In this document: piece by piece, positions 1 through 9,315 of the stretch
Numbering within the stretch: position 1 is the stretch's first letter
Layout: every line of letters starts with the position of its first letter
Sequence record: PQ464590.1
Reading direction: 5' to 3' (one strand)
DNA length: 64,000 nucleotides
The notes under the pieces: generated by a model
Databases searched by the model: none
What the model was told of the DNA's origin: nothing
What the model saw: the letters and a program-made list of their open reading frames with translations, nothing else
Program-made: the position numbers and the translations under genes

Positions 1-114
1 CGTGGAACTGAATCTTATTGGTAGTGGTGCAGTAGTACTGCCACCTGAAACAACTAAATTCAATGAACCAGTACTAGTTACAATATTTTTAGGGTGATTA
101 AAACTAATACTCAT
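1..114 (-). CDS. Partial CDS running off the left edge; probable virion/fibre protein
   Basis: ATG at 114 with AAGGA SD at 122-126; reads MSISFNHPKNIVTSTGSLNLVVSGGSTTAPLPIRFSST with no stop before the window edge. Function is inferred from composition only. Confidence 0.6.
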   Translation of the reverse strand, partial: MSISFNHPKNIVTSTGSLNLVVSGGSTTAPLPIRFSST

Positions 115-151
115 TAATTAATCCTTTTTATGTTAACTATAATGATATTTA

Positions 152-457
152 TTAGATAAGTCCGTTATCTAAGTCATCAGCTACTGCGTCAATCATATTA
201 GCTGCTAATTTCTTACCCATCTTGAACCATTCTGTTCCAGGGCTTCGAGTAGCATTCATTTGTTTTAGACGTTTATGAACTTCCTTTTCGGCTGCTTTAG
301 CGTCATCAAATTGTACCTCATGATACACTTCATAGTCTCTGAATGGAGATCCTGTTTGATACGTACTAAGGCGAGTTTTCATTTCAGATTTAGACGTGAA
401 ACCGATCTTAACCCATTCAGGCCAAGCAGCATTTGTGATTACGTAACAGATTTGCAT
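152..457 (-). CDS. T5orf172/GIY-YIG-superfamily domain protein
   Basis: Motifs CYVI..., VKIGFT, RL..YQTGSP, E...H..L and EWF match the T5orf172 (MUG113-like) pattern; GGAG SD upstream. Confidence 0.75.
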   Translation of the reverse strand: MQICYVITNAAWPEWVKIGFTSKSEMKTRLSTYQTGSPFRDYEVYHEVQFDDAKAAEKEVHKRLKQMNATRSPGTEWFKMGKKLAANMIDAVADDLDNGLI

Positions 458-487
458 AGTACCTCCATATTATCATGGAAGTATTTA

Positions 488-889
488 TCAGCCAATTTTG
501 AAGTTGATTCCGAGCTTAGATAGTTTGTCGAAACCGCTAACTGGACGTAGTTCAGGTGGGATTTCTGGACGACCAGTATGTTGAGTAGCATAAACATCAT
601 TCAGTACTGGTGCGTCAGCATGTTTTGAATTCAAAATATCTTTATATTTTTGGACATATTCTATGTATGTCATTTCAGTACTGTCACAGTTCATGATATC
701 TTTAATGTAATCGGTTTTCCTGTAACGATATGCCTCTACTGATTGAAATAGAAGTTCCATATCTTCAGAGTACGCGACTAGACTGTAGTCTTCAATTAGT
801 GTTTCGAAGTTACTGAACGCTGATTGAAGGAATTTATTGAAGTGCGGGAACGTGTATACCGTCACTGTCATACCATTTTTAATTTCCAT
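488..889 (-). CDS. Hypothetical protein (133 aa)
   Basis: ORF with AAGGAG SD and a TATAAT box upstream (about 912-917, minus strand); no recognised motif. Confidence 0.75.
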   Translation of the reverse strand: MEIKNGMTVTVYTFPHFNKFLQSAFSNFETLIEDYSLVAYSEDMELLFQSVEAYRYRKTDYIKDIMNCDSTEMTYIEYVQKYKDILNSKHADAPVLNDVYATQHTGRPEIPPELRPVSGFDKLSKLGINFKIG

Positions 890-919
890 ATTTTCTCCTT
901 GTCCTGTATTTAATTATAA

Positions 920-950
920 CAAAAGAAAAGGGACTCATCAAGAGTCCCTT
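920..950 (-). terminator. Intrinsic terminator after the major capsid gene
   Basis: Stem AAGGGACTC-atcaa-GAGTCCCTT (928-950) followed by a U-rich tract on the minus strand. Confidence 0.8.
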
Positions 951-993
951 AGTGTTTTTAATCAAATTATTAGAATCTAACTTACTTCTTCTA

Positions 994-2169
994 TTACATG
1001 AAGGTTACGTTGCGGATAGCAATTTTGCTGTAGTAGTCAGCAGCGTTACCTAGAGAGGAAGTACTGTCGGTCAACTGAACGTAGCCATAACGAGTTAGGA
1101 AGGTAGTTACTAGTTCACCAGTGTTCGGGTCCATTACAGTACCAGATGCCATTAGTGGGATGTACGGGCAGTAGAATACGCCAGCATCAGTTTCAGCATT
1201 ACCTTTGTAACCAATTAGTACGTCAGTACTGTCATCAGCATAGGTGTCAACATATACACGCATGGTGCTGTTTAGTACGCCTACAAACTTAACGTTAGTT
1301 GGTGCTTCGAACACACCTTCAGTGGTACGAGCAAAACTAGAAGTAGTTGCAGATTGTAGAATGGTTAGTGCAGTTGGGGAAACAACAGCCCAGTTAGCAG
1401 CACCACGTTTGGTACGACGAGCAACTTCGTTCGCTTGACGGTTGATTAGGGTTGCTAGAGCAGCGTGCTCATCACCAACGAAGGTTGCAACACCAGTAAC
1501 TTTAGCTTGGTCATAAGTAACCGCAGCAGCACCAGGTAGAGCACGTAGTTTGTGTAGTAGCTCTTGGTCGATTTCAGTAGTGATTTCTTGTGCGATTGCA
1601 GCCATTAGTTCTGCTTCAACGTCAATACCGTGTTGGGATTGTGCATCTTGTGCAGATTCAACAGTCCAACGAGCAGATAGACGACGGGATTTCGCTTCAA
1701 CCGTTTCACGTAGAATACGGATGTTTACGCGACGACCCATAGTACCTTCGAGTTGGGAAGTAGGTGCAGCACGTGGATTATCATTATCACCGTTAACATC
1801 ACCAGTATAAGACTTAGCGATTTTGTACGGGGATAGCATTTCTTCACCAGCTACAACGCCTGGTGCGTTATCAGCATATTGAACACGTAGAGTGTGGATT
1901 TGACCAACTGGGCCAGTCATAGGCTGAACACCAATGATTTCGTTAGCAATAACGGTTGGCATTACACGACGCATGATAGGTAGGATAACCTTGTTTAGAG
2001 TCGCGATGTTACCAGCGGAGGTTGCACCAGCAGATGCGTTTTCGCGTAGCATTACACGGCGATGGTTCTCTAGAACAGATTCCATTACTAGTTTACGGTT
2101 ATCTTTAAGACCTTCAGTTAGTTTACCTTTTACCGCAGCCCATTTAGATTCAGTTAATAGTTGTGACAT
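994..2169 (-). CDS. gp23: Major capsid protein, T4 gp23 family
   Basis: Motifs RRVMPTVIANEIIGVQPMTGPVG, RRLSARWTVESAQD, EITTEIDQE, FYCPYIPL and TRYG; last gene of the portal-protease-scaffold block. Confidence 0.97.
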   Translation of the reverse strand: MSQLLTESKWAAVKGKLTEGLKDNRKLVMESVLENHRRVMLRENASAGATSAGNIATLNKVILPIMRRVMPTVIANEIIGVQPMTGPVGQIHTLRVQYADNAPGVVAGEEMLSPYKIAKSYTGDVNGDNDNPRAAPTSQLEGTMGRRVNIRILRETVEAKSRRLSARWTVESAQDAQSQHGIDVEAELMAAIAQEITTEIDQELLHKLRALPGAAAVTYDQAKVTGVATFVGDEHAALATLINRQANEVARRTKRGAANWAVVSPTALTILQSATTSSFARTTEGVFEAPTNVKFVGVLNSTMRVYVDTYADDSTDVLIGYKGNAETDAGVFYCPYIPLMASGTVMDPNTGELVTTFLTRYGYVQLTDSTSSLGNAADYYSKIAIRNVTFM

Positions 2170-2212
2170 TATATATCTCCTTGAAAGATGTTTTCGCTTT
2201 TCAGTATGTTAT

Positions 2213-2218
2213 TATTTA
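2213..2218 (-). promoter_or_regulatory. T4-type late promoter (TAAATA) for the capsid gene
   Basis: TAAATA about 45 nt upstream of the ATG; a gp55 gene is present in the window. Confidence 0.6.
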
Positions 2219-2248
2219 TCACTGAAAAAGATTAGCTTTAAAAAATTA

Positions 2249-3364
2249 TTATTTTTTGGTCATTCCTGCTAGATGTTCAATCTCTTGGATGAACGCTAGA
2301 TCAGTACTGTCCATTTCATTTTCAACAATAGCTGCTCGATTTCCGGTAATAACTTTACCTTCCGCTAGAGTTTGTTTAGCCTGGGTATTAACTGCTGTGC
2401 GGCTATTTTTTGCAGCAGATTCATTTACAGTACCTTTAAGTACAGACTTATGGTACTTCTGGAAATCAGCCTTTAGACTATCGGTTGGGGAAGTCTGAAG
2501 TAGAGATTCCATAATTTGCTTCTGTTGAGGATTTAGAGGTTTAACAAGTTCAGACATAATAGCGTTACGGGCGTTTGTGTCTTCCATAATACGCATTTTA
2601 CGTTGTGCTTCAGCAGCAATTTGTTTTGACTCTTGAAGTTCTAGTTTAATACTAATAACTTCATCTTCATGACTCTTGATTGATTCGGTCAACTGACGTA
2701 GAAGAGAGTTTTCGTTATACTGTTTGCTATGGAATTCATTAGCAAAAGCTTCGAAAATTTTACGACCAAACATATTCTGTTTAGCTTCTTTTAGTTCAGT
2801 TTTGAGAGAAGACATGTTCTTATGAGTAGTTTCAGCGATATATACTGCTGCACTCTCAGATGCACGCTTGATGAAGTTCTGACGAGCTTCAGCAATTTGG
2901 CGGGAACCTTCTGCAATCAATTTAACACGAGTTTCAACCAACTGGCGTTTTTCTTTGTGGAAGTCCTGTAGTTCTTCTGCTAGGATTTTATTACTGAATC
3001 CTACAAACTTACTTAGACTTTCCTGAATTTGTTTACGTTCTTGACGCATACCTTGCACTTCTTCTGCTAGTACTGTGTTAGCAAATGTAGCGAAGTTACC
3101 TAGAGTTTTACGTAGAGTAACACGGTCTTCAGCTAGCTTGGATTTCTCTGCATACACAGCACCCATTTCTTCACTGATGATTCCGGTCATCATCTTGTCT
3201 AGTCCTTCAGTTAGACGGCCTAGATCTTCTTGGTAACGACTTTTCATTTCTTCACGCATTTCAGCAGCTACAGCGGCTTTTTCTTCATTCCATGCTTCCT
3301 GAATTAATGCTTTAGCTTCATCAGAAAGGCTAGATTCGTTTAGAAACTTATCTAATTTCGACAT
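2249..3364 (-). CDS. gp22: Prohead core scaffolding protein, T4 gp22-like
   Basis: Long coiled-coil E/K/A-rich protein between protease and capsid genes; contains L/V-x-E cleavage-like sites (FLNES, VNESA, LAEG). Confidence 0.85.
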   Translation of the reverse strand: MSKLDKFLNESSLSDEAKALIQEAWNEEKAAVAAEMREEMKSRYQEDLGRLTEGLDKMMTGIISEEMGAVYAEKSKLAEDRVTLRKTLGNFATFANTVLAEEVQGMRQERKQIQESLSKFVGFSNKILAEELQDFHKEKRQLVETRVKLIAEGSRQIAEARQNFIKRASESAAVYIAETTHKNMSSLKTELKEAKQNMFGRKIFEAFANEFHSKQYNENSLLRQLTESIKSHEDEVISIKLELQESKQIAAEAQRKMRIMEDTNARNAIMSELVKPLNPQQKQIMESLLQTSPTDSLKADFQKYHKSVLKGTVNESAAKNSRTAVNTQAKQTLAEGKVITGNRAAIVENEMDSTDLAFIQEIEHLAGMTKK

Positions 3365-3416
3365 TGATGTTCTCCTTTAAAGTACTGTTTAAATATAAGC
3401 ACTTTTGATGTACAAA

Positions 3417-3424
3417 TATTTATA
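3417..3424 (-). promoter_or_regulatory. T4-type late promoter TATAAATA for the scaffold gene
   Basis: Exact T4 late consensus in the intergenic gap. Confidence 0.65.
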
Positions 3425-3435
3425 AAAAAAATTTT

Positions 3436-4065
3436 TTAACCTTTTAATTTCTTGAAAAAATCGTGAATTTCACTTTCTACCTTATTAGTAGAGCGTTTCC
3501 CTTCAGCAATTCCTTTCTTTCCGTTGGCAGGTGAACCGTACTTGTTTTGTAGAGACTCAAATACTGCTTCTGGATAAGCATCTGGTGCACTTGGCTGTGC
3601 CACGATATCAATAGTAACAATCTCAAAATCAGATACGATACCGTTATGATCAACGTTACCGGAACCGCGAGAACTTACTCCAAGTTTAACACCAGCTTCT
3701 AACATCGCTCGTATGTTTTTGCCGTGTGAAGTTGGGAGTAGTTTAATTTCTGCCATTCCGTTATGACCATCCATCCAAACTTTAGTAATTTGAGCAGCAA
3801 CACGGTCTAAATTAATAGTTAGTGTTTCAGGGTGATCACATTCTACAAGAATGCTTTCACCACGTTGAAGACGCTGTGCCATCACTTGAACTGCATTAGC
3901 AATTTCAGATAGTGGATAGATACGTTCGTTTAAGTTACGTTTATCGGCTTGGATTGCAATACCACGAAGATAGCAATCCTTGCCGCCCAATTTGTTTTCT
4001 TGATATTCAAGTACAACATTTGAATCACTGAATGAAGACCACTCTCTCAACATATTGTTCGACAT
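3436..4065 (-). CDS. gp21: Prohead maturation protease, T4 gp21 family
   Basis: Motifs GIAIQAD..N.N.RIYP, E(C)DHP, LGVSSRGSG and DIVAQPSAPDAYP (His/Ser catalytic pattern). Confidence 0.93.
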   Translation of the reverse strand: MSNNMLREWSSFSDSNVVLEYQENKLGGKDCYLRGIAIQADKRNLNERIYPLSEIANAVQVMAQRLQRGESILVECDHPETLTINLDRVAAQITKVWMDGHNGMAEIKLLPTSHGKNIRAMLEAGVKLGVSSRGSGNVDHNGIVSDFEIVTIDIVAQPSAPDAYPEAVFESLQNKYGSPANGKKGIAEGKRSTNKVESEIHDFFKKLKG

Positions 4066-4093
4066 AATGATCTCCTTTGATTATATTTATGTA

Positions 4094-4954
4094 TTAGAAC
4101 TTAGGTGCTTTTGATGGAAGCGGAGACTTAGACTTTTCAGCTTTGTTCGTTGGCTTCTTAACATCTTTCATAAGACCTTTAGCGTTATCCATAACATTGT
4201 TCATGTCTTCAACTTTAGCGTGCTCTACATCTTTACCATCAAAGCTATCATCAACTACAGTTACAGTACCGTCTTTGATTTTAACTGGGTTAACACCATC
4301 AACTGGGGATTTAGCGTTCGATGCAACTGGAGATTTAGATTTAGCAGCATCGTTAGATGGTTTAGCAACAGATTTCATCTTGTATGCTTCGCCAACTTTT
4401 TCGTCACCGAAACCGACATCAGCAAATTCGTCGTCACCTTCAGCATCGAAATCAACGATTTCTTCTTCAGCACCAACGTCAGAACCATCAACGTCTAGGT
4501 CAACCTCACCGTCAGCACCAATTTCGTCAAACATACGGCTTAGACCGTCGATTGCGTCTTTGATGGAAGCCCATTGGTCTTCAGATGGTAGGTCATCACC
4601 GTCAACTTCAACTTCTTCTTCAGCACCGATATCAGCACCTTCTTCGTCACCGTCAACACCGATTTCTTCTTCACCAGCTTCAACTTCTTCTTCTTCTTCC
4701 TCACCGAGAGCATATTGAATCTCACCAGTTAGATCTTGAGATTGACCACTGTGAATATCTTCTTCAATTACTTCTTCTTCAGCTTCAACTTCAGATTCAC
4801 AAATGTCTGCTTCATCTTCCATTTCTTCTTCTAGTTTTTTGTTAATTTCCTGTGCTTGCTCAACAAAATACTTACGCATTTTCTTGTCAGCTACATCGGA
4901 TTCGCCATTTGCGAATGCTTGGATAGCTTCTTGCAATAGTTTAATATTTGCCAT
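4094..4954 (-). CDS. Highly acidic prohead core protein (positional equivalent of T4 gp67/gp68)
   Basis: Very D/E-rich with a K/P-rich tail; lies between portal and protease genes. Start moved to the ATG at 4954, which follows GGAGG. Confidence 0.7.
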   Translation of the reverse strand: MANIKLLQEAIQAFANGESDVADKKMRKYFVEQAQEINKKLEEEMEDEADICESEVEAEEEVIEEDIHSGQSQDLTGEIQYALGEEEEEEVEAGEEEIGVDGDEEGADIGAEEEVEVDGDDLPSEDQWASIKDAIDGLSRMFDEIGADGEVDLDVDGSDVGAEEEIVDFDAEGDDEFADVGFGDEKVGEAYKMKSVAKPSNDAAKSKSPVASNAKSPVDGVNPVKIKDGTVTVVDDSFDGKDVEHAKVEDMNNVMDNAKGLMKDVKKPTNKAEKSKSPLPSKAPKF

Positions 4955-5052
4955 TATATCCTCCAAAGATATACAAAATTTTATATTTTAGTATGTGATT
5001 ATTTATACTTTTTAAAAAGCGATTTTTGAAAAGGGTTCAAAAAGCGGTTTTT

Positions 5053-5283
5053 TTACATCATGCCACCACCATCAGGTGACGCAGGTGCAGGTGCATATAC
5101 TACAGATACGACTGAAGCACGTCTTGCCTCCTCGTTCTTCTTAAACTCACGGTACTTTCTTAGATTATTAAGAATACGTAACGTTAATTTAGGTTTACGA
5201 GTATCAGTAAGTTTATATACCGTCTGGTCATCTTCTGGATCATACATAGAGTCATCTCTAGATTCAAAGATTTCATCTAACAT
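5053..5283 (-). CDS. Small head-module protein (76 aa)
   Basis: AGGAG SD; DTRKPKLTL..LN.LRK motif; located between portal and the acidic core gene. Confidence 0.7.
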   Translation of the reverse strand: MLDEIFESRDDSMYDPEDDQTVYKLTDTRKPKLTLRILNNLRKYREFKKNEEARRASVVSVVYAPAPASPDGGGMM

Positions 5284-5301
5284 GTTATACTCCTAATGTG
5301 T

Positions 5302-5323
5302 GTTCACCTCATAAGAGGTGAAC
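5302..5323. other. Intergenic hairpin GTTCACCTC-ataa-GAGGTGAAC
   Basis: Perfect 9-bp stem downstream of the portal gene, without a clear U-tract; a terminator or processing site is possible. Confidence 0.45.
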
Positions 5324-5343
5324 TAATCATTGTTATTTATAGC

Positions 5344-7098
5344 TTAGAATGAATCTCCCAAATTATTGGGGTTAAAACCTGCATCTGCTTGCATATTTTG
5401 ATATTCAGCATCAGCACTTTCTAGGTTTCCATCCTCATCCATACCTAAATCCATTCCAGGATCATTAGGTGCGTCAATACCAACAGATGCCAACCCAGCT
5501 TCTTCTTCACCATCTGGTGAAGTTCCGTTCTCGAACGCTCCTGGGTTCTCTTGAATCCAGTACTGTTCATTCTTAACGATGTCTGCTTTATCAAAGCCCA
5601 TCTTCTCAAGAACTGTTTGCTTAGCAAGGAATGGTATGTCATTCAATGGTAGATACGTTTGAATCAATCGTGCATCCAACTCTGCCTGACGATAAGACGC
5701 TAGGTTAATTGGTGGATTAAAAATAACTTCAAAAGATGAAGCACTAATTGTATATCCATTATAAGTCATGTACCGTTTGAATTCTTTATCAAATACTCTA
5801 GCAACTAAACGTTGATAACGCATACATTGGTTGTTGAATCGTAATTCACTAGCCATTGCTTGTGTAGCACCATCACCAAATAATGATACGCCACCATCTG
5901 AACTCGGACCCATAGGTAGATAGGATGATGGTATCTGTAGACCACGAATTAGTTTGTCGTTGAAGTAACGCAAGTCATCAATTTGACCTAAGTTATCACC
6001 ACCAGGTAGTGTTTCAACACTAGAACCACGCCCTTCAGAAGTCTGAGGGAAGAAATAGTCCTCTAAAATACTTAGTGGGTTATATGCTGCGTCCATTAAA
6101 GATGTACTACCACCCTTGTTCGAAGGAATTCGACGCTGGTGGATTTCATTCTTAAATCGTTCTACATATGACATTGCTTGGTGTGTTTGCATGTCACCCA
6201 CATCAATTTTAAATACTCGACGCTCTGGTGCACGCTGTACACGGTAAATGATAATACTATCTTCAAGAAGTTCTTTTTGTTTATAAACTTTAAAGACTTC
6301 TTCTAAAATACTTGTTCCAAAAGGCCAAACTCCATCTTGTCCAGTATTTAGTGTGAGGTGAATTACGTGTTCTGCTGCAACTGGTATAATGTCCATGCGT
6401 CCATTAGTACTGAATGGGTCAGCACTATTTGCACTATTACCATAACCACCACCACCTGAACCGTTACTATACATGTTTCCGTTGGTTGCCATTCCGTTCG
6501 GTACTGCACCTGGATAAGTCATGCGGTCAAAGCCAATCTGTAAATTAGAGAATACTTTATCATGTAAATTCAATGATACATCTCTAATGTAATAAATCAC
6601 TGGGTTTTTACCAGTTGCTTCGTTTACATATACTTGTTCGACATTCATAGGGTTCACCCAGTACCAATCAAAGGTTTCTGGATCTCGAATAAAGAATTGA
6701 TCTCCGTACTTAAGGAGGCCACGAACAATTTCATAAATTCGTGTTTTGAAATCGTTCTGATCAGCCCATGACTCTAATCGGTCTTCTAATGTGGTTACTT
6801 CAGTATCACCAATGTTATCTTTATATTTTATATGAAATGGTAGACCGAAATCTTCAGTACTTTGAGTACAAAAGTCCGCAATAATGTTTAAAGCGGTACG
6901 AATTTCAGGGTCTTGATCCATTTGGTCGTACTGTCTATATCGATCAGTACGATTTGGCAACCCCGTATATACTACGGGGAGATATGATGCGAAGTTTGAT
7001 TTAGAACCAGAAGTTTCTAGACCGGATTTTTTTTGAGGGTCCGGTCTATTCGTTGAAACCTTCGATCTTGCCATTGTCATGTGTCGTTTCCAACTCAT
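5344..7098 (-). CDS. gp20: Portal protein, T4 gp20 family
   Basis: Motifs LLEDSIIIYRVQRAPERRVFKIDVG, EDYFFPQ..EGRGSSVETLPGG.NLG.IDDLRYF and L.IPSS.L. Confidence 0.96.
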   Translation of the reverse strand: MSWKRHMTMARSKVSTNRPDPQKKSGLETSGSKSNFASYLPVVYTGLPNRTDRYRQYDQMDQDPEIRTALNIIADFCTQSTEDFGLPFHIKYKDNIGDTEVTTLEDRLESWADQNDFKTRIYEIVRGLLKYGDQFFIRDPETFDWYWVNPMNVEQVYVNEATGKNPVIYYIRDVSLNLHDKVFSNLQIGFDRMTYPGAVPNGMATNGNMYSNGSGGGGYGNSANSADPFSTNGRMDIIPVAAEHVIHLTLNTGQDGVWPFGTSILEEVFKVYKQKELLEDSIIIYRVQRAPERRVFKIDVGDMQTHQAMSYVERFKNEIHQRRIPSNKGGSTSLMDAAYNPLSILEDYFFPQTSEGRGSSVETLPGGDNLGQIDDLRYFNDKLIRGLQIPSSYLPMGPSSDGGVSLFGDGATQAMASELRFNNQCMRYQRLVARVFDKEFKRYMTYNGYTISASSFEVIFNPPINLASYRQAELDARLIQTYLPLNDIPFLAKQTVLEKMGFDKADIVKNEQYWIQENPGAFENGTSPDGEEEAGLASVGIDAPNDPGMDLGMDEDGNLESADAEYQNMQADAGFNPNNLGDSF

Positions 7099-7113
7099 AA
7101 GCGTTTTACTCCA

Positions 7114-9264
7114 TTATAGGTTTTGAGCAGCAGTGGTGTTCTCTGCAATTTGTCTTAGATATCCACTAGAAGTACTGCTTAATTGGTTAGCTTGCTCTGT
7201 GGCACTCATAAGATTATTTATCACTTTCAAAATGCTCTCTTCCATGCTCTGTTTCTGTTCGAATGCCGGATCAATAGCTGATGTTTGTTCAGGTATCTCA
7301 ACTTTAGTAGGTTTAGTATAGGTTGGAGGCTCCATTACTTTTGGTGGCTGTGGTTTTTTAGGCTCAACAGAAGTTTGTGGTGGTATAACAGGTTTACCAT
7401 TAGGAAGTTGGTTAACTTCTTTAGGATCTTCTCCGGCCCACCAAGATTTTGCACTATCCCACCAGCCAGCAATCTTACTTTTCATAGAATCAAATGAAGA
7501 TTGAATACGTTTTTTCATATCTTCGTAATTGAAGTCCAATTTAGAAACTCCATCGAATATATCACCAACATGAGTGAAGATATTTCCTATAGTTTTCTGC
7601 AATTCATCAGAACTTTTTGACCAACCATCACCAGTTATCATTCCCCAAATAAGTTTTGCAAGACTTCCTGGAATATCAATAATATCCGAGAAGAAATTCT
7701 TAAATGCAGTAGTTAATGGTTCAGTATTTCCGGCAACAATTTTTAATAATTCAGTTGGAATGTTCATCAACACACCAAATGCTCCACCCATTCCTGTATC
7801 CATATAATTCAACAAGTCTTTGAACATTTTAGCTGGTAGCATAAAGATGCTATCGACTGAATCATATGCTTCCATGATATATTTCAATGAATTATCACGT
7901 GTGGTTGCCCATAGCTCTTTAAATGGACCAGTGATCGTGTCCGCAAGCCATGTATTGAATCGTGAAGTGAATTCTTCCAGTACTGGACTAACTTCAGCAG
8001 TGTTTTCATTCAGAAGCTTCATACTGTTTTGGAAATCTTGTAAGAATTTTGCTGCTTGTGTGTTCCCACCATCATATAATGCATCAATTTCTAATTGAAG
8101 TTGATGTTGGTGTTCATCTGTCCATTTTTTCAATAATCTCTGAATAGATTTTGCATCACGTTTTGGTCCATTCTGCAATTCAATCATTCGGTCTTTTAAC
8201 ATTTGTGCGAACTGTGAGTTAAATTCATCAGTTAATGGCTTCAACGTTAGACCTTGTGTATTGAACGCTTGGAATTGTGCACCAAATTGACCCATACTTG
8301 AAAAAACAATGTTCATCTGTTTATTCATTTCAGCAGCGTCATCTTCGGTTTTACCCCAAAATCGAGTTAATGCTCTAGCTGTTGCTTGACTATCAAAACT
8401 ATCAGTCATTCCTTCAAATGAACCCAAAAGCTGGTCAACACTCTTACCGACACTCTTACTTAGTTCAGTCATTTGCCTAACAAATAGATCAGTACTTTGA
8501 GCCTGATTGATATTTCTTAAAGATTCTTGTGAAGCATAAAGTTTTTGATATTTGAAGTTTCTGGCTGCTAGGTCAGCTAATTGCTCTTGAGAAACACCAT
8601 ACATACCATTGATATATTGCAATTTCTGAACAGAGTTCAATAAATTACCAAATTGCTCAACACCATTACCATATGTTCCTTCCATTGTAGCAAGAACATC
8701 GGCGTTCTTTTGTAATGCTTGTCCAAATTGAGCATTACTCATTAAGCTTTTACCAGCAGCACGCTCTAACGTACTCATACCAGTTGCTAATGTTAAACCT
8801 GAACTGTTTAATTGATTATACATTTCAAGTTGGGCGTTCATATAATCATATACTTTCATCCCAGCTTCAACAACAAGATTAAATGCTGATGTTACACCCC
8901 CAATAGCAGGGATTGCTTTTCCTAATGCACTACTTACGCCCATTGCGGATTGACCAAGTGAACCAAAAACGTTAGCTGAGGTTGCATTATTTCCAAGTAT
9001 AGTACTTCCAGCACCTCTCATGTTGCCGAACATACTCTTGAACATATTTGAGAATCGTTTAGAATCACCATGACCAGGTGGACGTGGGCCTCCGCCGCCT
9101 GGACCTCCACCAGCCCCGCCATTTCCACCAGTTCCAGGGCCATTCTTCTTAATAGTCTTGTTCATTTCAACTAAAAGTTCTGCCATAGCAGCTAAATGGT
9201 CATTACCAGTACTGGTTTTTGCGAGGATCTCTTGAAGTAGGTAATCACTCTGTGAAATCGCCAT
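7114..9264 (-). CDS. Probable tail tape-measure protein (716 aa)
   Basis: Helical A/Q/S-rich N-terminal half and aromatic-spaced amphipathic repeats (W/F about every 11 aa); adjacent to the gp26-like chaperone gene. At about 0.15 nm per residue it would give a tail near 105 nm (inference). Confidence 0.65.
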   Translation of the reverse strand: MAISQSDYLLQEILAKTSTGNDHLAAMAELLVEMNKTIKKNGPGTGGNGGAGGGPGGGGPRPPGHGDSKRFSNMFKSMFGNMRGAGSTILGNNATSANVFGSLGQSAMGVSSALGKAIPAIGGVTSAFNLVVEAGMKVYDYMNAQLEMYNQLNSSGLTLATGMSTLERAAGKSLMSNAQFGQALQKNADVLATMEGTYGNGVEQFGNLLNSVQKLQYINGMYGVSQEQLADLAARNFKYQKLYASQESLRNINQAQSTDLFVRQMTELSKSVGKSVDQLLGSFEGMTDSFDSQATARALTRFWGKTEDDAAEMNKQMNIVFSSMGQFGAQFQAFNTQGLTLKPLTDEFNSQFAQMLKDRMIELQNGPKRDAKSIQRLLKKWTDEHQHQLQLEIDALYDGGNTQAAKFLQDFQNSMKLLNENTAEVSPVLEEFTSRFNTWLADTITGPFKELWATTRDNSLKYIMEAYDSVDSIFMLPAKMFKDLLNYMDTGMGGAFGVLMNIPTELLKIVAGNTEPLTTAFKNFFSDIIDIPGSLAKLIWGMITGDGWSKSSDELQKTIGNIFTHVGDIFDGVSKLDFNYEDMKKRIQSSFDSMKSKIAGWWDSAKSWWAGEDPKEVNQLPNGKPVIPPQTSVEPKKPQPPKVMEPPTYTKPTKVEIPEQTSAIDPAFEQKQSMEESILKVINNLMSATEQANQLSSTSSGYLRQIAENTTAAQNL

Positions 9265-9274
9265 ACTATATCCT

Positions 9275-9300
9275 TATAAATAATTGTATAAAACTATTTA
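9275..9300. promoter_or_regulatory. Face-to-face late promoters between the tape-measure and chaperone genes
   Basis: TATAAATA on + at 9275-9282 and TAAATA on - at 9295-9300, within a 51-bp divergent gap. Confidence 0.55.
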
Positions 9301-9315
9301 TGATATGGAGTATAT

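Noticed and set aside
4143-4845. Ser-rich and His/Leu-rich ORFs opposite the acidic core gene
   Set aside because: They are the reverse complement of GAA/GAT runs; artefact.
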